Source: a virus | Taxonomy: Duplodnaviria > Heunggongvirae > Uroviricota > Caudoviricetes | Length of the DNA stretch: 64,000 bases | Virus record (IMG/VR): IMGVR_UViG_3300047444_000753 | Span: 5,256-69,255 of that record | Strand: one strand, 5' to 3' | Part shown: positions 1-7,435 of the stretch, in pieces | Position numbering within the stretch: the first letter of the stretch is position 1 | Layout of the letters: every line of letters begins with the position of its first letter | The notes under the pieces: model-generated | Database searches by the model: none | What the model was told of the DNA's origin: nothing | The model's input: only the letters and a program-made list of their open reading frames with translations | Translations under genes and position numbers: made by a program

Positions 1-353
1 TCGTTGAGAAACTTGGTGAACCTGCTTTGCGGATTCCGCTGAAGAGCGCGGACGCAGCAGAATTCACGGTTGCTGAGGAATTCGTCCTGATTGTCCCGAC
101 ATACGGGGCCAACGGCAAGGATTTCGTCCCAAAGCAGGTCATCAAATTTCTAAACAACATCAATAATCGTACCCTAATCCGGGGGGTCATAGGCACCGGG
201 AACCGTAACTTTTTGGAGGATTACGCCAAAAGTGGTAGGATCATAAGTGAGAAATGCCGCGTACCGCTGCTGTATACATTTGAGCTAGCCGGTATGGATG
301 AAGACGTAACGAACGTCAAAAGAGGACTGGAAAAGTTTTGGGAAACAAAGTAA
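1..353 (+). CDS. nrdI: NrdI flavodoxin-like protein (5' end cut by window)
   Basis: ORF is open to the window start and overlaps the nrdE start by 16 nt (338 vs 353). NrdI-like sequence (FVLIVPTYG..., GTGNRNF). Confidence 0.8.
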   Translation, partial: VEKLGEPALRIPLKSADAAEFTVAEEFVLIVPTYGANGKDFVPKQVIKFLNNINNRTLIRGVIGTGNRNFLEDYAKSGRIISEKCRVPLLYTFELAGMDEDVTNVKRGLEKFWETK

Positions 354-2479
354 CCGAAGAGTCGTATATCGACCTCAATTCAAAGCTGAACCTTTGGACA
401 GACGACCACAAGATTGACTTCGAGGCGGACAAGGAAGCTGCTCGGCAGTACCACCTGCAGGAAGTCAACCGCAAATTCATGTACCACCCCTCCCTTGAGG
501 AAAAGCTGGACTACCTGTTTGTCAACGGGTACTACGACAAGAGCGTCTGGGACAAGTACGACGACGCGGAGATCAAGGATCTCTACAAGTACGCCTACGG
601 ATTCAAGCACCGCTTCACGTCGTTCCTTGGTGCCATGAAGTTCTACACGGCCTATGCCATGAAGTCCTTCGACGGCGAGACATGGATGGAGCGCTTCGAG
701 GACCGCGTTGTGGCTGTGGCTCTGGAGCTTGCCAATGGCAATTCGGAAGAGGCACGCCGGATCATCGAGGAGATCATCACCGGACGCCTGCAGCCCGCCA
801 CGCCGACCTTTGCCAACTGCGGTAAGATGCAGCGCGGCGAGCGTGTCTCCTGCTTCCTGATCGACATTCAGGACTCAATGAACTCCATCGGGCGTGCCGT
901 GAACACCGGCCTGCAGCTGTCCAAGCGTGGCGGCGGTGTCGGATTCAACATCTCCAACCTGCGTGAATTCGGTGCCCCGATCAAGCAGCTGGAGAACATG
1001 GCATCCGGTGTTCTGCCGGTCTGCAAGCTCTTCGATGACGCCTTCTCCTACGCCAACCAGCTGGGCTCCCGTCAGGGTGCCTGTGCCGTCTACATCTCCG
1101 CCCACCACCCGGACGTGTTCCGCGTGCTGGATGCGAAGAAGGAGAACGCTGATGAGAAGTCGCGCCTCAAGACGCTGTCAATCGGTCTAGTCCTCACGGA
1201 CAAGCTCTACGAGCTGGCCAAGAATGACGAGGTGCTCTACCAGTTTTCCCCGTACGACGTGGAGCGCTTCTACGGCGTACCGTTCTCCAAGGTGGACATC
1301 ACCGCCGAGTACGACAACATGGTTGACAACGCGGCCATCCGGAAGTACAAGCACAAGGACTACCCCAAGGCCCGTGACCTGTTCCAGCTGATCGCGGAGA
1401 TCCAGTTCGAGTCCGGCTACCCGTACATCCTCAACATTGACACTGTCAACCGCGCAAATCCTATTGCGGGTACGATTGATATGTCCAACCTCTGCTCCGA
1501 GATTGTACAGGTCTCCACCCCCTCCGTGCTGCGTGATGACCTCTCCTACGAGGAAGAGGGCCGGGACATTTCCTGCAACCTTGCTTCCATGAACGTCAAG
1601 TACGCCATGGATGGCGGCAACCTCGCCCAGACGGTCGAGACGGCTGTGCGCCTGCTGACCGAGGTCTCCGACATCACGTCGATCGATTCGGTTCCGTCTG
1701 TGCGCAATGGTAACGACAAATCGCACTCCATCGGACTGGGCCAGTTCGGCCTTCACCAATTTTTTATCACCGAAGGCATGCAGTATGGTGATGAGGACTC
1801 GCTTGACTTCACCAACATCTACTTCATGACTGTGGCTTTCCATGCCCTACGGGCATCATGCAAGTTGGCAGCGGAACGTGGGAAGCGTTTCTACGAATTC
1901 GAGAAATCAAAGTACGCGGATCCAGCCTACTTGACGGAGAAGTACTCCGATCCGTCCATGGTGGTGCCCAATGACAACACTGTGGCAATTTTCGAGAAAT
2001 ACGGCATTTGGATTCCGAACGAAGACAGCTGGGCTAACCTTGCAGAAGAAATTGCTGAGCACGGCCTCTATAACGCTTATCTCATGGCAGTGCCCCCGAC
2101 CGGATCCATCTCCTACGTCAACGGCGGGACGGCGTCCATCCACCCGTCTGTGGCCGCTGTGGAGATCCGCAAGGAGGGCAAGATCGGACGCGTGGCCTAC
2201 GCTACTCCGGGACTGACCAATGAGAACTACGCGGACTTCAAGGACGCCTACGATCTTGGCTGGCGTGCCGTTATCGACGTATATGCTGCTGCGCAGCCGC
2301 ACGTGGATCAGGCCATGTCGCTGACCCTGTTCTATACGAACCAAGACAGTACAAGGACCTTGAATCAGGCATACATTTACGCGTGGCGAAAAGGAATCAA
2401 GTCTCTTTACTACGCAAGGGTACGTAGTGACGCTCTTGAGGGTGCTGACGAATCCCAATGTGTCTCATGTACATTGTAG
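338..2479 (+). CDS. nrdE: Ribonucleotide reductase class Ib alpha subunit
   Basis: 713 aa with conserved NrdE blocks ([37 protein letters not shown]). Confidence 0.95.
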   Translation: MGNKVTEESYIDLNSKLNLWTDDHKIDFEADKEAARQYHLQEVNRKFMYHPSLEEKLDYLFVNGYYDKSVWDKYDDAEIKDLYKYAYGFKHRFTSFLGAMKFYTAYAMKSFDGETWMERFEDRVVAVALELANGNSEEARRIIEEIITGRLQPATPTFANCGKMQRGERVSCFLIDIQDSMNSIGRAVNTGLQLSKRGGGVGFNISNLREFGAPIKQLENMASGVLPVCKLFDDAFSYANQLGSRQGACAVYISAHHPDVFRVLDAKKENADEKSRLKTLSIGLVLTDKLYELAKNDEVLYQFSPYDVERFYGVPFSKVDITAEYDNMVDNAAIRKYKHKDYPKARDLFQLIAEIQFESGYPYILNIDTVNRANPIAGTIDMSNLCSEIVQVSTPSVLRDDLSYEEEGRDISCNLASMNVKYAMDGGNLAQTVETAVRLLTEVSDITSIDSVPSVRNGNDKSHSIGLGQFGLHQFFITEGMQYGDEDSLDFTNIYFMTVAFHALRASCKLAAERGKRFYEFEKSKYADPAYLTEKYSDPSMVVPNDNTVAIFEKYGIWIPNEDSWANLAEEIAEHGLYNAYLMAVPPTGSISYVNGGTASIHPSVAAVEIRKEGKIGRVAYATPGLTNENYADFKDAYDLGWRAVIDVYAAAQPHVDQAMSLTLFYTNQDSTRTLNQAYIYAWRKGIKSLYYARVRSDALEGADESQCVSCTL

Positions 2480-3221
2480 TGTTTTGGTAATCTACGGTTT
2501 ACGACTTTCAACCTGCTCTGAGTATAGGTATGTGGGGCTTACCACAAAAACTGCTCAGAGCAGGTTGAAAGGGCATATAAAGAGAACGAATAACCCTAAC
2601 CAGAAAAACTATCCTGTCAATGATTGGATAGCCAAGCATGGTAGCGATATGATAGTGGTTGATGTCCTGCAAGAGCTTATTGACCAGCCTTACGATGAAC
2701 TACTGCTAGCTGAAATTTATTGGATCAGTAAATTGCGTTTGGAAGGTAACCATCTTTTAAACATTGCCGAAGGCGGCAAAAGTTCTAAAGGCCACAAGTG
2801 GACTGAAGAGCGAAGAAAGATAGTGTCCGAGCGGATGAGGGGGAATACCTATGCAAAAGGTTGGCCCCAGCCGCGAGGCCCCAAGCACTCTGAATGGCAG
2901 AAGCGTAAGTGGTCTGAAGAACGTTCCGGAAGTATTACCGGTGAGCTAAACCCTAATTTTGGTAAATTCGGAGAGGATCACCCGGCATATGGACGAACTT
3001 TTTCTGAAGAGGCTCTAAAGAAAATTTCGGATGCAAAGAAGGGATCGAAAAATCCTAACTACGGCAAAGAAATGACGCAGGCGGAAAAAGATCTACGTTC
3101 TGCAGCACTTAAGGGCGTCCCTCAACCGAAGAATGCCTCCAATGCACATAAGAGACATCACACTAATAAAGGGGTTTCCAAGCCGGAAACCTGTAGGTAC
3201 TGTAAGGAAGAAAACGACTAA
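2427..3221 (+). CDS. GIY-YIG homing endonuclease with NUMOD3-like repeats (free-standing HEG)
   Basis: VIYGL...RYVGLT...R..GH motif, then repeated NPNYGK/NPNFGK/GNTYAKG modules. AT-rich (about 42% GC) compared with its neighbours. True start is probably TTG 2484; the annotated 5' end overlaps the nrdE stop. Confidence 0.8.
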   Translation: MTLLRVLTNPNVSHVHCSVLVIYGLRLSTCSEYRYVGLTTKTAQSRLKGHIKRTNNPNQKNYPVNDWIAKHGSDMIVVDVLQELIDQPYDELLLAEIYWISKLRLEGNHLLNIAEGGKSSKGHKWTEERRKIVSERMRGNTYAKGWPQPRGPKHSEWQKRKWSEERSGSITGELNPNFGKFGEDHPAYGRTFSEEALKKISDAKKGSKNPNYGKEMTQAEKDLRSAALKGVPQPKNASNAHKRHHTNKGVSKPETCRYCKEEND

Positions 3222-4165
3222 TGGTCAAAGCGATCAACTGGAATAACGTTCCAGATTTTGAGAAAAGTATCTGGAATAAGCTCACTGAGAACTTCTGGCT
3301 GCCAGAGAAGGTACCGCTATCCAACGACCTCCAGTCGTGGGGCAAGATGACGGACCACGAGAAGGAGACCACCATCAAGGTCTTCGCCGGTCTGACGTTC
3401 CTTGACACCATCCAAGGTACTACTGGGGCCGTCTCCCTGATGAAGGACGCCGGTAACCCCTTCGAAGAGGCCATTTACGCCAACATGTGCTTCATGGAGG
3501 TAGTGCACGCCAAATCCTACTCCTCCATCTTCTCCACGCTCTGCTCCACCAAAGAAATCGATGAGGTTTTCCGCTGGACCGAGGAAAATGACCAGCTGCA
3601 GTTCAAGGCCAACACGGTGCTTGAATACTACGAGGGCACTGACCCGATGAAGAAGAAGATCGCCTCCACCATGCTGGAAGGCTTCCTCTTCTACTCCGGC
3701 TTCTACCTTCCGCTGTACTGGTCTTCACGCCAGAAGCTGACCAACACCGCCGACCTGATCCGGCTCATCCTGCGCGACGAGGGGGTCCACTCCTACATGA
3801 TCGGCCAGTGGTTCCAGCGGGACCTCGCCATGTACCCGGCAGAGGTTCAGGCTGAATACAAGCAGTTCGCCTACGACCTACTCTTCGACCTCTACGAGAA
3901 CGAAGTTGAGTATACACAGGACCTCTACGACGGACTGGGCCTCACCGAGGACGTCAAGATGTTCCTGCGCTACAACGCCAACAAGTCCCTGATGAACCTC
4001 GGCTTCGATCCGCTGTTCCCCAAGGACCAGACCAACGTCAGCCCCGCCATCCTGTCGGCACTCTCCACCAACTCCGGAGAGAACCACGACTTCTTCTCGG
4101 GATCGGGATCCAGCTATGTCATCGGCAAGGTCGAGGAGAGCACGGACGAAGACTGGGATTTCTGA
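3221..4165 (+). CDS. nrdF: Ribonucleotide reductase class Ib beta subunit
   Basis: 314 aa di-iron R2 fold motifs (FWLPEKV, EVVHAKSYS, RDEGVH). Confidence 0.95.
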   Translation: MVKAINWNNVPDFEKSIWNKLTENFWLPEKVPLSNDLQSWGKMTDHEKETTIKVFAGLTFLDTIQGTTGAVSLMKDAGNPFEEAIYANMCFMEVVHAKSYSSIFSTLCSTKEIDEVFRWTEENDQLQFKANTVLEYYEGTDPMKKKIASTMLEGFLFYSGFYLPLYWSSRQKLTNTADLIRLILRDEGVHSYMIGQWFQRDLAMYPAEVQAEYKQFAYDLLFDLYENEVEYTQDLYDGLGLTEDVKMFLRYNANKSLMNLGFDPLFPKDQTNVSPAILSALSTNSGENHDFFSGSGSSYVIGKVEESTDEDWDF

Positions 4166-4200
4166 TTTGACACTGTAGATATTTAGGGTATGCTTGAGGT

Positions 4201-4407
4201 ATGGAATTTTTTACAAACGATATCGTCAAGCTTACTTCTGACGACTCGGTGAAGCTGGGCAAGATTGCTGAAATCGACGGGGACTTGATCCTCATCGGCG
4301 AAACATGGTACGATCTAAACGTATACAGCATTGAAGTCCTCTTCTCCGAGTCGTCAGGTATCGGGAATCCTCTAGTTGACACGGTCCAAACAACCGTGAT
4401 ACAATAG
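4201..4407 (+). CDS. hypothetical protein (68 aa), doubtful
   Basis: AT-rich ORF. Its 3' end contains a strong promoter that feeds the tRNA array. Confidence 0.3.
   Translation: MEFFTNDIVKLTSDDSVKLGKIAEIDGDLILIGETWYDLNVYSIEVLFSESSGIGNPLVDTVQTTVIQ
4376..4405 (+). promoter_or_regulatory. sigma70-like promoter TTGACA-18-TACAAT upstream of tRNA-Trp
   Basis: Exact -35 hexamer, 18-nt spacer, TACAAT -10 box. Confidence 0.6.
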
Positions 4408-4414
4408 AGACAAT

Positions 4415-4488
4415 GCGCAGGTAGTTTCAATTGGTTAAAATAACGGTCTCCAAAACCGTGGTTATAGGTTCGAGTCCTATCCGGCGTG
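4415..4488 (+). tRNA. tRNA-Trp (CCA)
   Basis: Cloverleaf folds. Anticodon loop CTCCAAA, T-arm ATAGG/TTCGAGT/CCTAT, one acceptor-stem mismatch, no encoded CCA. Confidence 0.75.
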
Positions 4489-4505
4489 CTGTACAACTGA
4501 ATATG

Positions 4506-4514
4506 TGGTACAAT
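4506..4514 (+). promoter_or_regulatory. extended -10 element TGgTACAAT
   Basis: TGnTACAAT directly before tRNA-Pro. The same GGTACAAT motif recurs at 8383. Confidence 0.35.
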
Positions 4515-4526
4515 GTATAAACACCT

Positions 4527-4600
4527 CGGGGTGTAGCTCAGCTTGGTAGAGCGCCTGTTTTGGGAACAGGAAGTCGCAGGTTCAAATCCTGTCTCCCCGA
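4527..4600 (+). tRNA. tRNA-Pro (TGG)
   Basis: D-arm GCTC/GAGC, anticodon stem CCTGT/ACAGG with loop TTTGGGA, T-loop TTCAAAT. Confidence 0.85.
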
Positions 4601-4611
4601 CGCAGTACAAT

Positions 4612-4682
4612 GGGATATTAGCTCAATGGTAGAGTCTCTGTCTTCCAAACAGATTACGGGAGTTCGATCCTCCCATATCCCT
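4612..4682 (+). tRNA. tRNA-Gly (TCC)
   Basis: Acceptor GGGATAT/ATATCCC, anticodon loop CTTCCAA, T-loop TTCGATC. Confidence 0.85.
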
Positions 4683-4705
4683 CGATCTGAGAGTGAGTTG
4701 TTGAT

Positions 4706-5140
4706 TTGAAGACGTGTACGTCCTGTAACGAGTCCAAACCTTTGGATGAATTTCAGAAGCGGGCATCCGCAGCTGACGGGCACACCAGCAAATGTAAGGT
4801 TTGTAAACGAGCCTACGACAATGACCACTACCGGAACAATCCAGATAGACGAGCATATATACGGGTAAATTCAAGTACTCGACGGGAAGAAAATCGGCTT
4901 TGGCTGATTGAATACCTTAGGGATCATCCCTGTGTAGACTGCTCAGAATCTGATATAGTAGTACTAGAGTTCGACCACCAGCAGGACAAGTTGTATAATA
5001 TCTCTGATATGATCAACTCACACGGTTTGTCTCGCGTTCAGGAAGAAATCTCGAAGTGTCAGGTAAGATGTGCTAACTGTCACAAGAGAAAAACGGCCCG
5101 AGATTTTGGTTGGTTGAAAGCTATAGGTTTGCCTCAATAA
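4706..5140 (+). CDS. HNH homing endonuclease
   Basis: TTG start. HNH motifs CVDCSES...LEFDH...NISD...CANCH. AT-rich, sits between tRNAs, and its 3' end overlaps tRNA-Thr. Confidence 0.85.
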   Translation: MKTCTSCNESKPLDEFQKRASAADGHTSKCKVCKRAYDNDHYRNNPDRRAYIRVNSSTRREENRLWLIEYLRDHPCVDCSESDIVVLEFDHQQDKLYNISDMINSHGLSRVQEEISKCQVRCANCHKRKTARDFGWLKAIGLPQ

Positions 5141-5205
5141 CTCAGTTCGGCCAGAGTGTCTCCTTTGTAACGAGAAAGTCGGGGGTTCGAATCCCTCTTG
5201 AGGCT
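5131..5205 (+). tRNA. tRNA-Thr (TGT)
   Basis: Acceptor GCCTCAA/TTGAGGC, D-arm ACTC/GAGT, anticodon loop TTTGTAA with a 31-39 C·C mismatch, T-loop TTCGAAT. Confidence 0.7.
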
Positions 5206-5220
5206 CGAATAATTGAATAT

Positions 5221-5293
5221 GCCCTTGAAGCTCAGGTGGTAGAGCGCTGGTCTGAAGAACCAGAGGTTTCCGGTTCGACGCCGGAGAAGGGCA
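5221..5293 (+). tRNA. tRNA-Phe (GAA)
   Basis: Anticodon stem CTGGT/ACCAG with loop CTGAAGA. T-arm TCCGG/TTCGACG/CCGGA. Confidence 0.8.
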
Positions 5294-5329
5294 CGCTTAA
5301 GCAACAGCAACCCATCGATAGGAATTACC

Positions 5330-5485
5330 ATGGCAGGTCTAGACCCAAAGCTCCAAGGATCCCAGTACACCGAACGTACCGAGAACGCACGCATCGCACT
5401 CGTCAACCAGCAGACTGGTGAGTCCGTCGCGACCGAAAACTCGGAAAACAAGCGAATTAGCAAGGTAGCCAACAAGGGCCACTAG
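5330..5485 (+). CDS. small hypothetical protein (51 aa) inside the tRNA array
   Basis: ATG preceded by AGGAA; GC-rich third codon positions. Below the ORF-track size cut-off. Confidence 0.3.
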   Translation: MAGLDPKLQGSQYTERTENARIALVNQQTGESVATENSENKRISKVANKGH

Positions 5486-5536
5486 TCTCAGCTGAGATCA
5501 GGTCCGTTGGCTACACAGCCAGCGGGCCTTTTCTTT

Positions 5537-5607
5537 TCCCCGTTCGTCTAACGGCAGGACGCTGTCTTTTGGCGGCAGCTATCGAGGTTCGAATCCTTGA
5601 CGGGGAA
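5537..5607 (+). tRNA. tRNA-Gln (TTG)
   Basis: Anticodon stem CTGTC/GGCAG with loop TTTTGGC, T-loop TTCGAAT, acceptor TCCCCGT/ACGGGGA. Confidence 0.75.
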
Positions 5608-5621
5608 CGCAGTACATTTAG

Positions 5622-5692
5622 TCCGGTGTCGTATAGCGGCATTACGCTCCCCTCTGGAGGGAGTCACTGAGGTTCGAATCCTTGCACCGGAA
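5622..5692 (+). tRNA. tRNA-Gln (CTG)
   Basis: Paralogue of the preceding Gln tRNA. Anticodon stem CTCCC/GGGAG with loop CTCTGGA. Confidence 0.75.
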
Positions 5693-5795
5693 CGCAGCTT
5701 GTATTTTCTGGAAGACCTGTGTATGCTGATAACGGATAGGCATATGAACCGTCACCGGCCCTGAGGGGAAGCGTGGAATACAAGTCATCCGTTGC

Positions 5796-5869
5796 AGTCG
5801 CTTAGCTCAGTTGGTCAGAGCGCGTCCCTGATAAGGACGAGGTCGTGAGTTCAATTCTCACAGTGGCTA
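5796..5869 (+). tRNA. tRNA-Ile (GAT)
   Basis: D-arm GCTC/GAGC, anticodon stem CGTCC/GGACG with loop CTGATAA, T-loop TTCAATT. Confidence 0.85.
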
Positions 5870-5884
5870 CGTAGTAAGAAATAG

Positions 5885-5956
5885 GCTCCCGTCTATGTTG
5901 GTTTGGATCTCGGACTTTCAATCCGGGCTACGCCGGTTCAATTCCGGTCGGGAGTA
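5885..5956 (+). tRNA. tRNA-Glu (TTC)
   Basis: Anticodon stem TCGGA/TCCGG with loop CTTTCAA, T-loop TTCAATT, acceptor GCTCCCG/CGGGAGT. Confidence 0.75.
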
Positions 5957-5957
5957 C

Positions 5958-6080
5958 GGGCTGTAGCTCAAAGTAGAGCGCTTTGGATATCGGTAGTCAT
6001 GAATGCCGATGACCACCTTCAGGGTCGCTCCCTGAGGGTCTGTGAAAAGAAGATATTCTGGGGTAACGTCCAGACGGCCT
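5958..6080 (+). other. disrupted tRNA-like element (tRNA 5' and 3' portions separated by about 75 nt containing a 9-bp hairpin)
   Basis: 5' GGGCTGT + D-arm GCTC/GAGC at 5958–5979. A T-arm-like CTGGG/TCCAG and a 7/7-complementary 3' acceptor ACGGCCT at 6056–6080. No anticodon arm. Hairpin CCTTCAGGG/CCCTGAGGG at 6015–6037. Confidence 0.3.
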
Positions 6081-6086
6081 AACCAA

Positions 6087-6159
6087 GCTCCCTTGGACTA
6101 GCGGTAATGTCGCTTCCCTCTCACGGAAGAGATCACGGGTTCGAATCCCGTAGGGAGTA
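6087..6159 (+). tRNA. tRNA-Glu (CTC)
   Basis: Acceptor GCTCCCT/AGGGAGT, anticodon stem CTTCC/GGAAG with loop CTCTCAC, T-arm ACGGG/TTCGAAT/CCCGT. Confidence 0.75.
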
Positions 6160-6213
6160 CAGGGCATCTATGCCTGTAGTATGGGCTAACCCCTCAGAGG
6201 CAAAAATAGAAAT

Positions 6214-6300
6214 GGAAGTATGGCCGAGTGGTAAGGCAGCTGTCTTGAAAACAGTAGTCGGGTGTGAAAGCCCGCGTGGGTTCAATCCCTACTACTTCCG
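6214..6300 (+). tRNA. tRNA-Ser (TGA), type II
   Basis: Long variable arm. Anticodon stem GCTGT/ACAGT with loop CTTGAAA. Acceptor GGAAGTA/TACTTCC. Confidence 0.8.
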
Positions 6301-6342
6301 CTAGCTACAGGAGGGCCTAATGGGATGGGACCTGTAGCTTCT

Positions 6343-6411
6343 GGACGGGGCGCTGGGACGCACAGGAGTTTTACACACTCCTTCCGCAGGGATCGATACC
6401 CTGACCGTCTA
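6343..6411 (+). tRNA. tRNA-Val (TAC)-like with a defective or non-canonical D-arm (possible pseudogene)
   Basis: Perfect anticodon arm GGAGT/TTTACAC/ACTCC and T-arm CAGGG/ATCGATA/CCCTG; acceptor pairs 6 of 7. The D-stem cannot be formed. Confidence 0.4.
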
Positions 6412-6412
6412 C

Positions 6413-6493
6413 GCCTTGGTGTTGGAATGGTAGACATGCTGGCCTCAAAAGCCGGTGCCTTAGTGCGTGTGGGTTCGAGTCCCACCCGAGGTA
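6413..6493 (+). tRNA. tRNA-Leu (CAA), type II
   Basis: Anticodon stem CTGGC/GCCGG with loop CTCAAAA, long variable arm, T-arm GTGGG/TTCGAGT/CCCAC. Confidence 0.75.
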
Positions 6494-6504
6494 CGCAGTA
6501 TATT

Positions 6505-6577
6505 GGCCCAGTAACTCAGCGGTGAGAGTGCCACTCTTATAAGGTGGAAGTCGAGGGATCAACACCCTCTTGGGCCA
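6505..6577 (+). tRNA. tRNA-Ile (TAT) (AUA decoder) or Met-like
   Basis: Anticodon stem CCACT/GGTGG with loop CTTATAA. Unusual T-loop ATCAACA. Acceptor GGCCCAG/TTGGGCC. Confidence 0.55.
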
Positions 6578-6658
6578 CGCACGGACTTATTTGCTACGAC
6601 GTTGCTTATCGGATCCGGAAACAGTCTCAACCTGAGGCTGCGGTAAAAGCCCGCACCT

Positions 6659-6731
6659 GCCTTCATAGCTCAGTGGATAGAGCGCTTCGCTACGGACGAA
6701 GAGGCCGGGGGTTCGAATCCCTCTGAGGGCA
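6659..6731 (+). tRNA. tRNA-Arg (ACG)
   Basis: D-arm GCTC/GAGC, anticodon stem CTTCG/CGAAG with loop CTACGGA, T-loop TTCGAAT. Confidence 0.85.
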
Positions 6732-6742
6732 CGCTAGACAAT

Positions 6743-6827
6743 GGAGAGTAAACCCAGCAGGTGCTGTGGCTTTGATTGCTAATCAGATGGCGGGTAAAAC
6801 CGTGGGTTTCGAATACTCTGCTCTCCG
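6743..6827 (+). tRNA. tRNA-Ser (GCT)-like, type II, non-canonical (possibly degenerate)
   Basis: Acceptor GGAGAGT/GCTCTCC. Anticodon stem TTTGA/TCAGA with loop TTGCTAA. Long variable arm. The T-stem closes with T53-A61 and the 8–9 linker is extended. Confidence 0.35.
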
Positions 6828-6830
6828 CGC

Positions 6831-6858
6831 TTGACACAGGTCTAATCTGTGGTATAGT
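6831..6858 (+). promoter_or_regulatory. sigma70-like promoter TTGACA-16-TATAGT inside the tRNA array
   Basis: Consensus -35 and near-consensus -10, immediately upstream of tRNA-Leu(GAG). Confidence 0.6.
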
Positions 6859-6869
6859 AGAGTAACTAT

Positions 6870-6954
6870 GTCAGTGTGGCGGAATGGTAGACGCGCTAGC
6901 TTGAGGTGCTAGTGGGCTGAAATGCTCGTGTGGGTTCGACTCCCATCATTGATA
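6870..6954 (+). tRNA. tRNA-Leu (GAG), type II
   Basis: Anticodon stem CTAGC/GCTAG with loop TTGAGGT, long variable arm, T-arm GTGGG/TTCGACT/CCCAT. Confidence 0.8.
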
Positions 6955-6955
6955 C

Positions 6956-7038
6956 GCAGGTGTGGCGCAATTGGTGGACGCGTACGATTTAGGATCGTAT
7001 ACTTTGATACACTGTGGGTTCGAATCCCATCACCTGTA
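6956..7038 (+). tRNA. tRNA-Leu (TAG), type II
   Basis: Anticodon stem TACGA/TCGTA with loop TTTAGGA, T-arm GTGGG/TTCGAAT/CCCAT. Lies 1 nt after the previous tRNA. Confidence 0.8.
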
Positions 7039-7165
7039 CGCGGGAGTTCCTGCTCCCACTCCGATAAGTAGCTGAAGAATAAACAGGCGACTGAAACGTC
7101 GTAAATCTAATCGGTAACCGGGGAACAGTCGGCTTCAGCACCTGCAGACCCCGAAGTGCCGGTAT

Positions 7166-7236
7166 GGGTCTTTCGTTCAAAGGCAGGACCGCTGGCTTTT
7201 ACCCAGCAGATAGGGTTTCGAGATCCCTAGGACCCA
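7166..7236 (+). tRNA. tRNA-Lys (TTT)
   Basis: Anticodon stem GCTGG/CCAGC with loop CTTTTAC. Acceptor GGGTCTT/AGGACCC. T-arm slightly irregular. Confidence 0.65.
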
Positions 7237-7361
7237 CTCCCGATCAAAGCCTCTGCTTGCATGCTCAAATTCGATTGAAGTACGCCGTCTTCTAGTAACG
7301 GATCCCGGACTTCACGGACGCTGGTATACCGCTCGCGGCTCTTTGAAACCGTATACCATAT

Positions 7362-7434
7362 GCCCCCGTAGCTCAGAGGACAGAGCAGGACCCTTCTAAA
7401 GTCTTGGCCGTAGGTTCGAATCCTACCGGGGGCA
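7362..7434 (+). tRNA. tRNA-Arg (TCT)
   Basis: Acceptor GCCCCCG/CGGGGGC, D-arm GCTC/GAGC, anticodon loop CTTCTAA, T-arm GTAGG/TTCGAAT/CCTAC. Confidence 0.75.
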
Positions 7435-7435
7435 C

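Noticed and set aside
4119-4610. Minus-strand ORFs (also 9773–9997, 23538–23807 and others) with GFEP / REDSNL / AGIEPA-type translations
   Set aside because: These are antisense read-through of tRNA T-arms (GGTTCGAATCC), a classic false ORF signature. The tRNAs are on the + strand.
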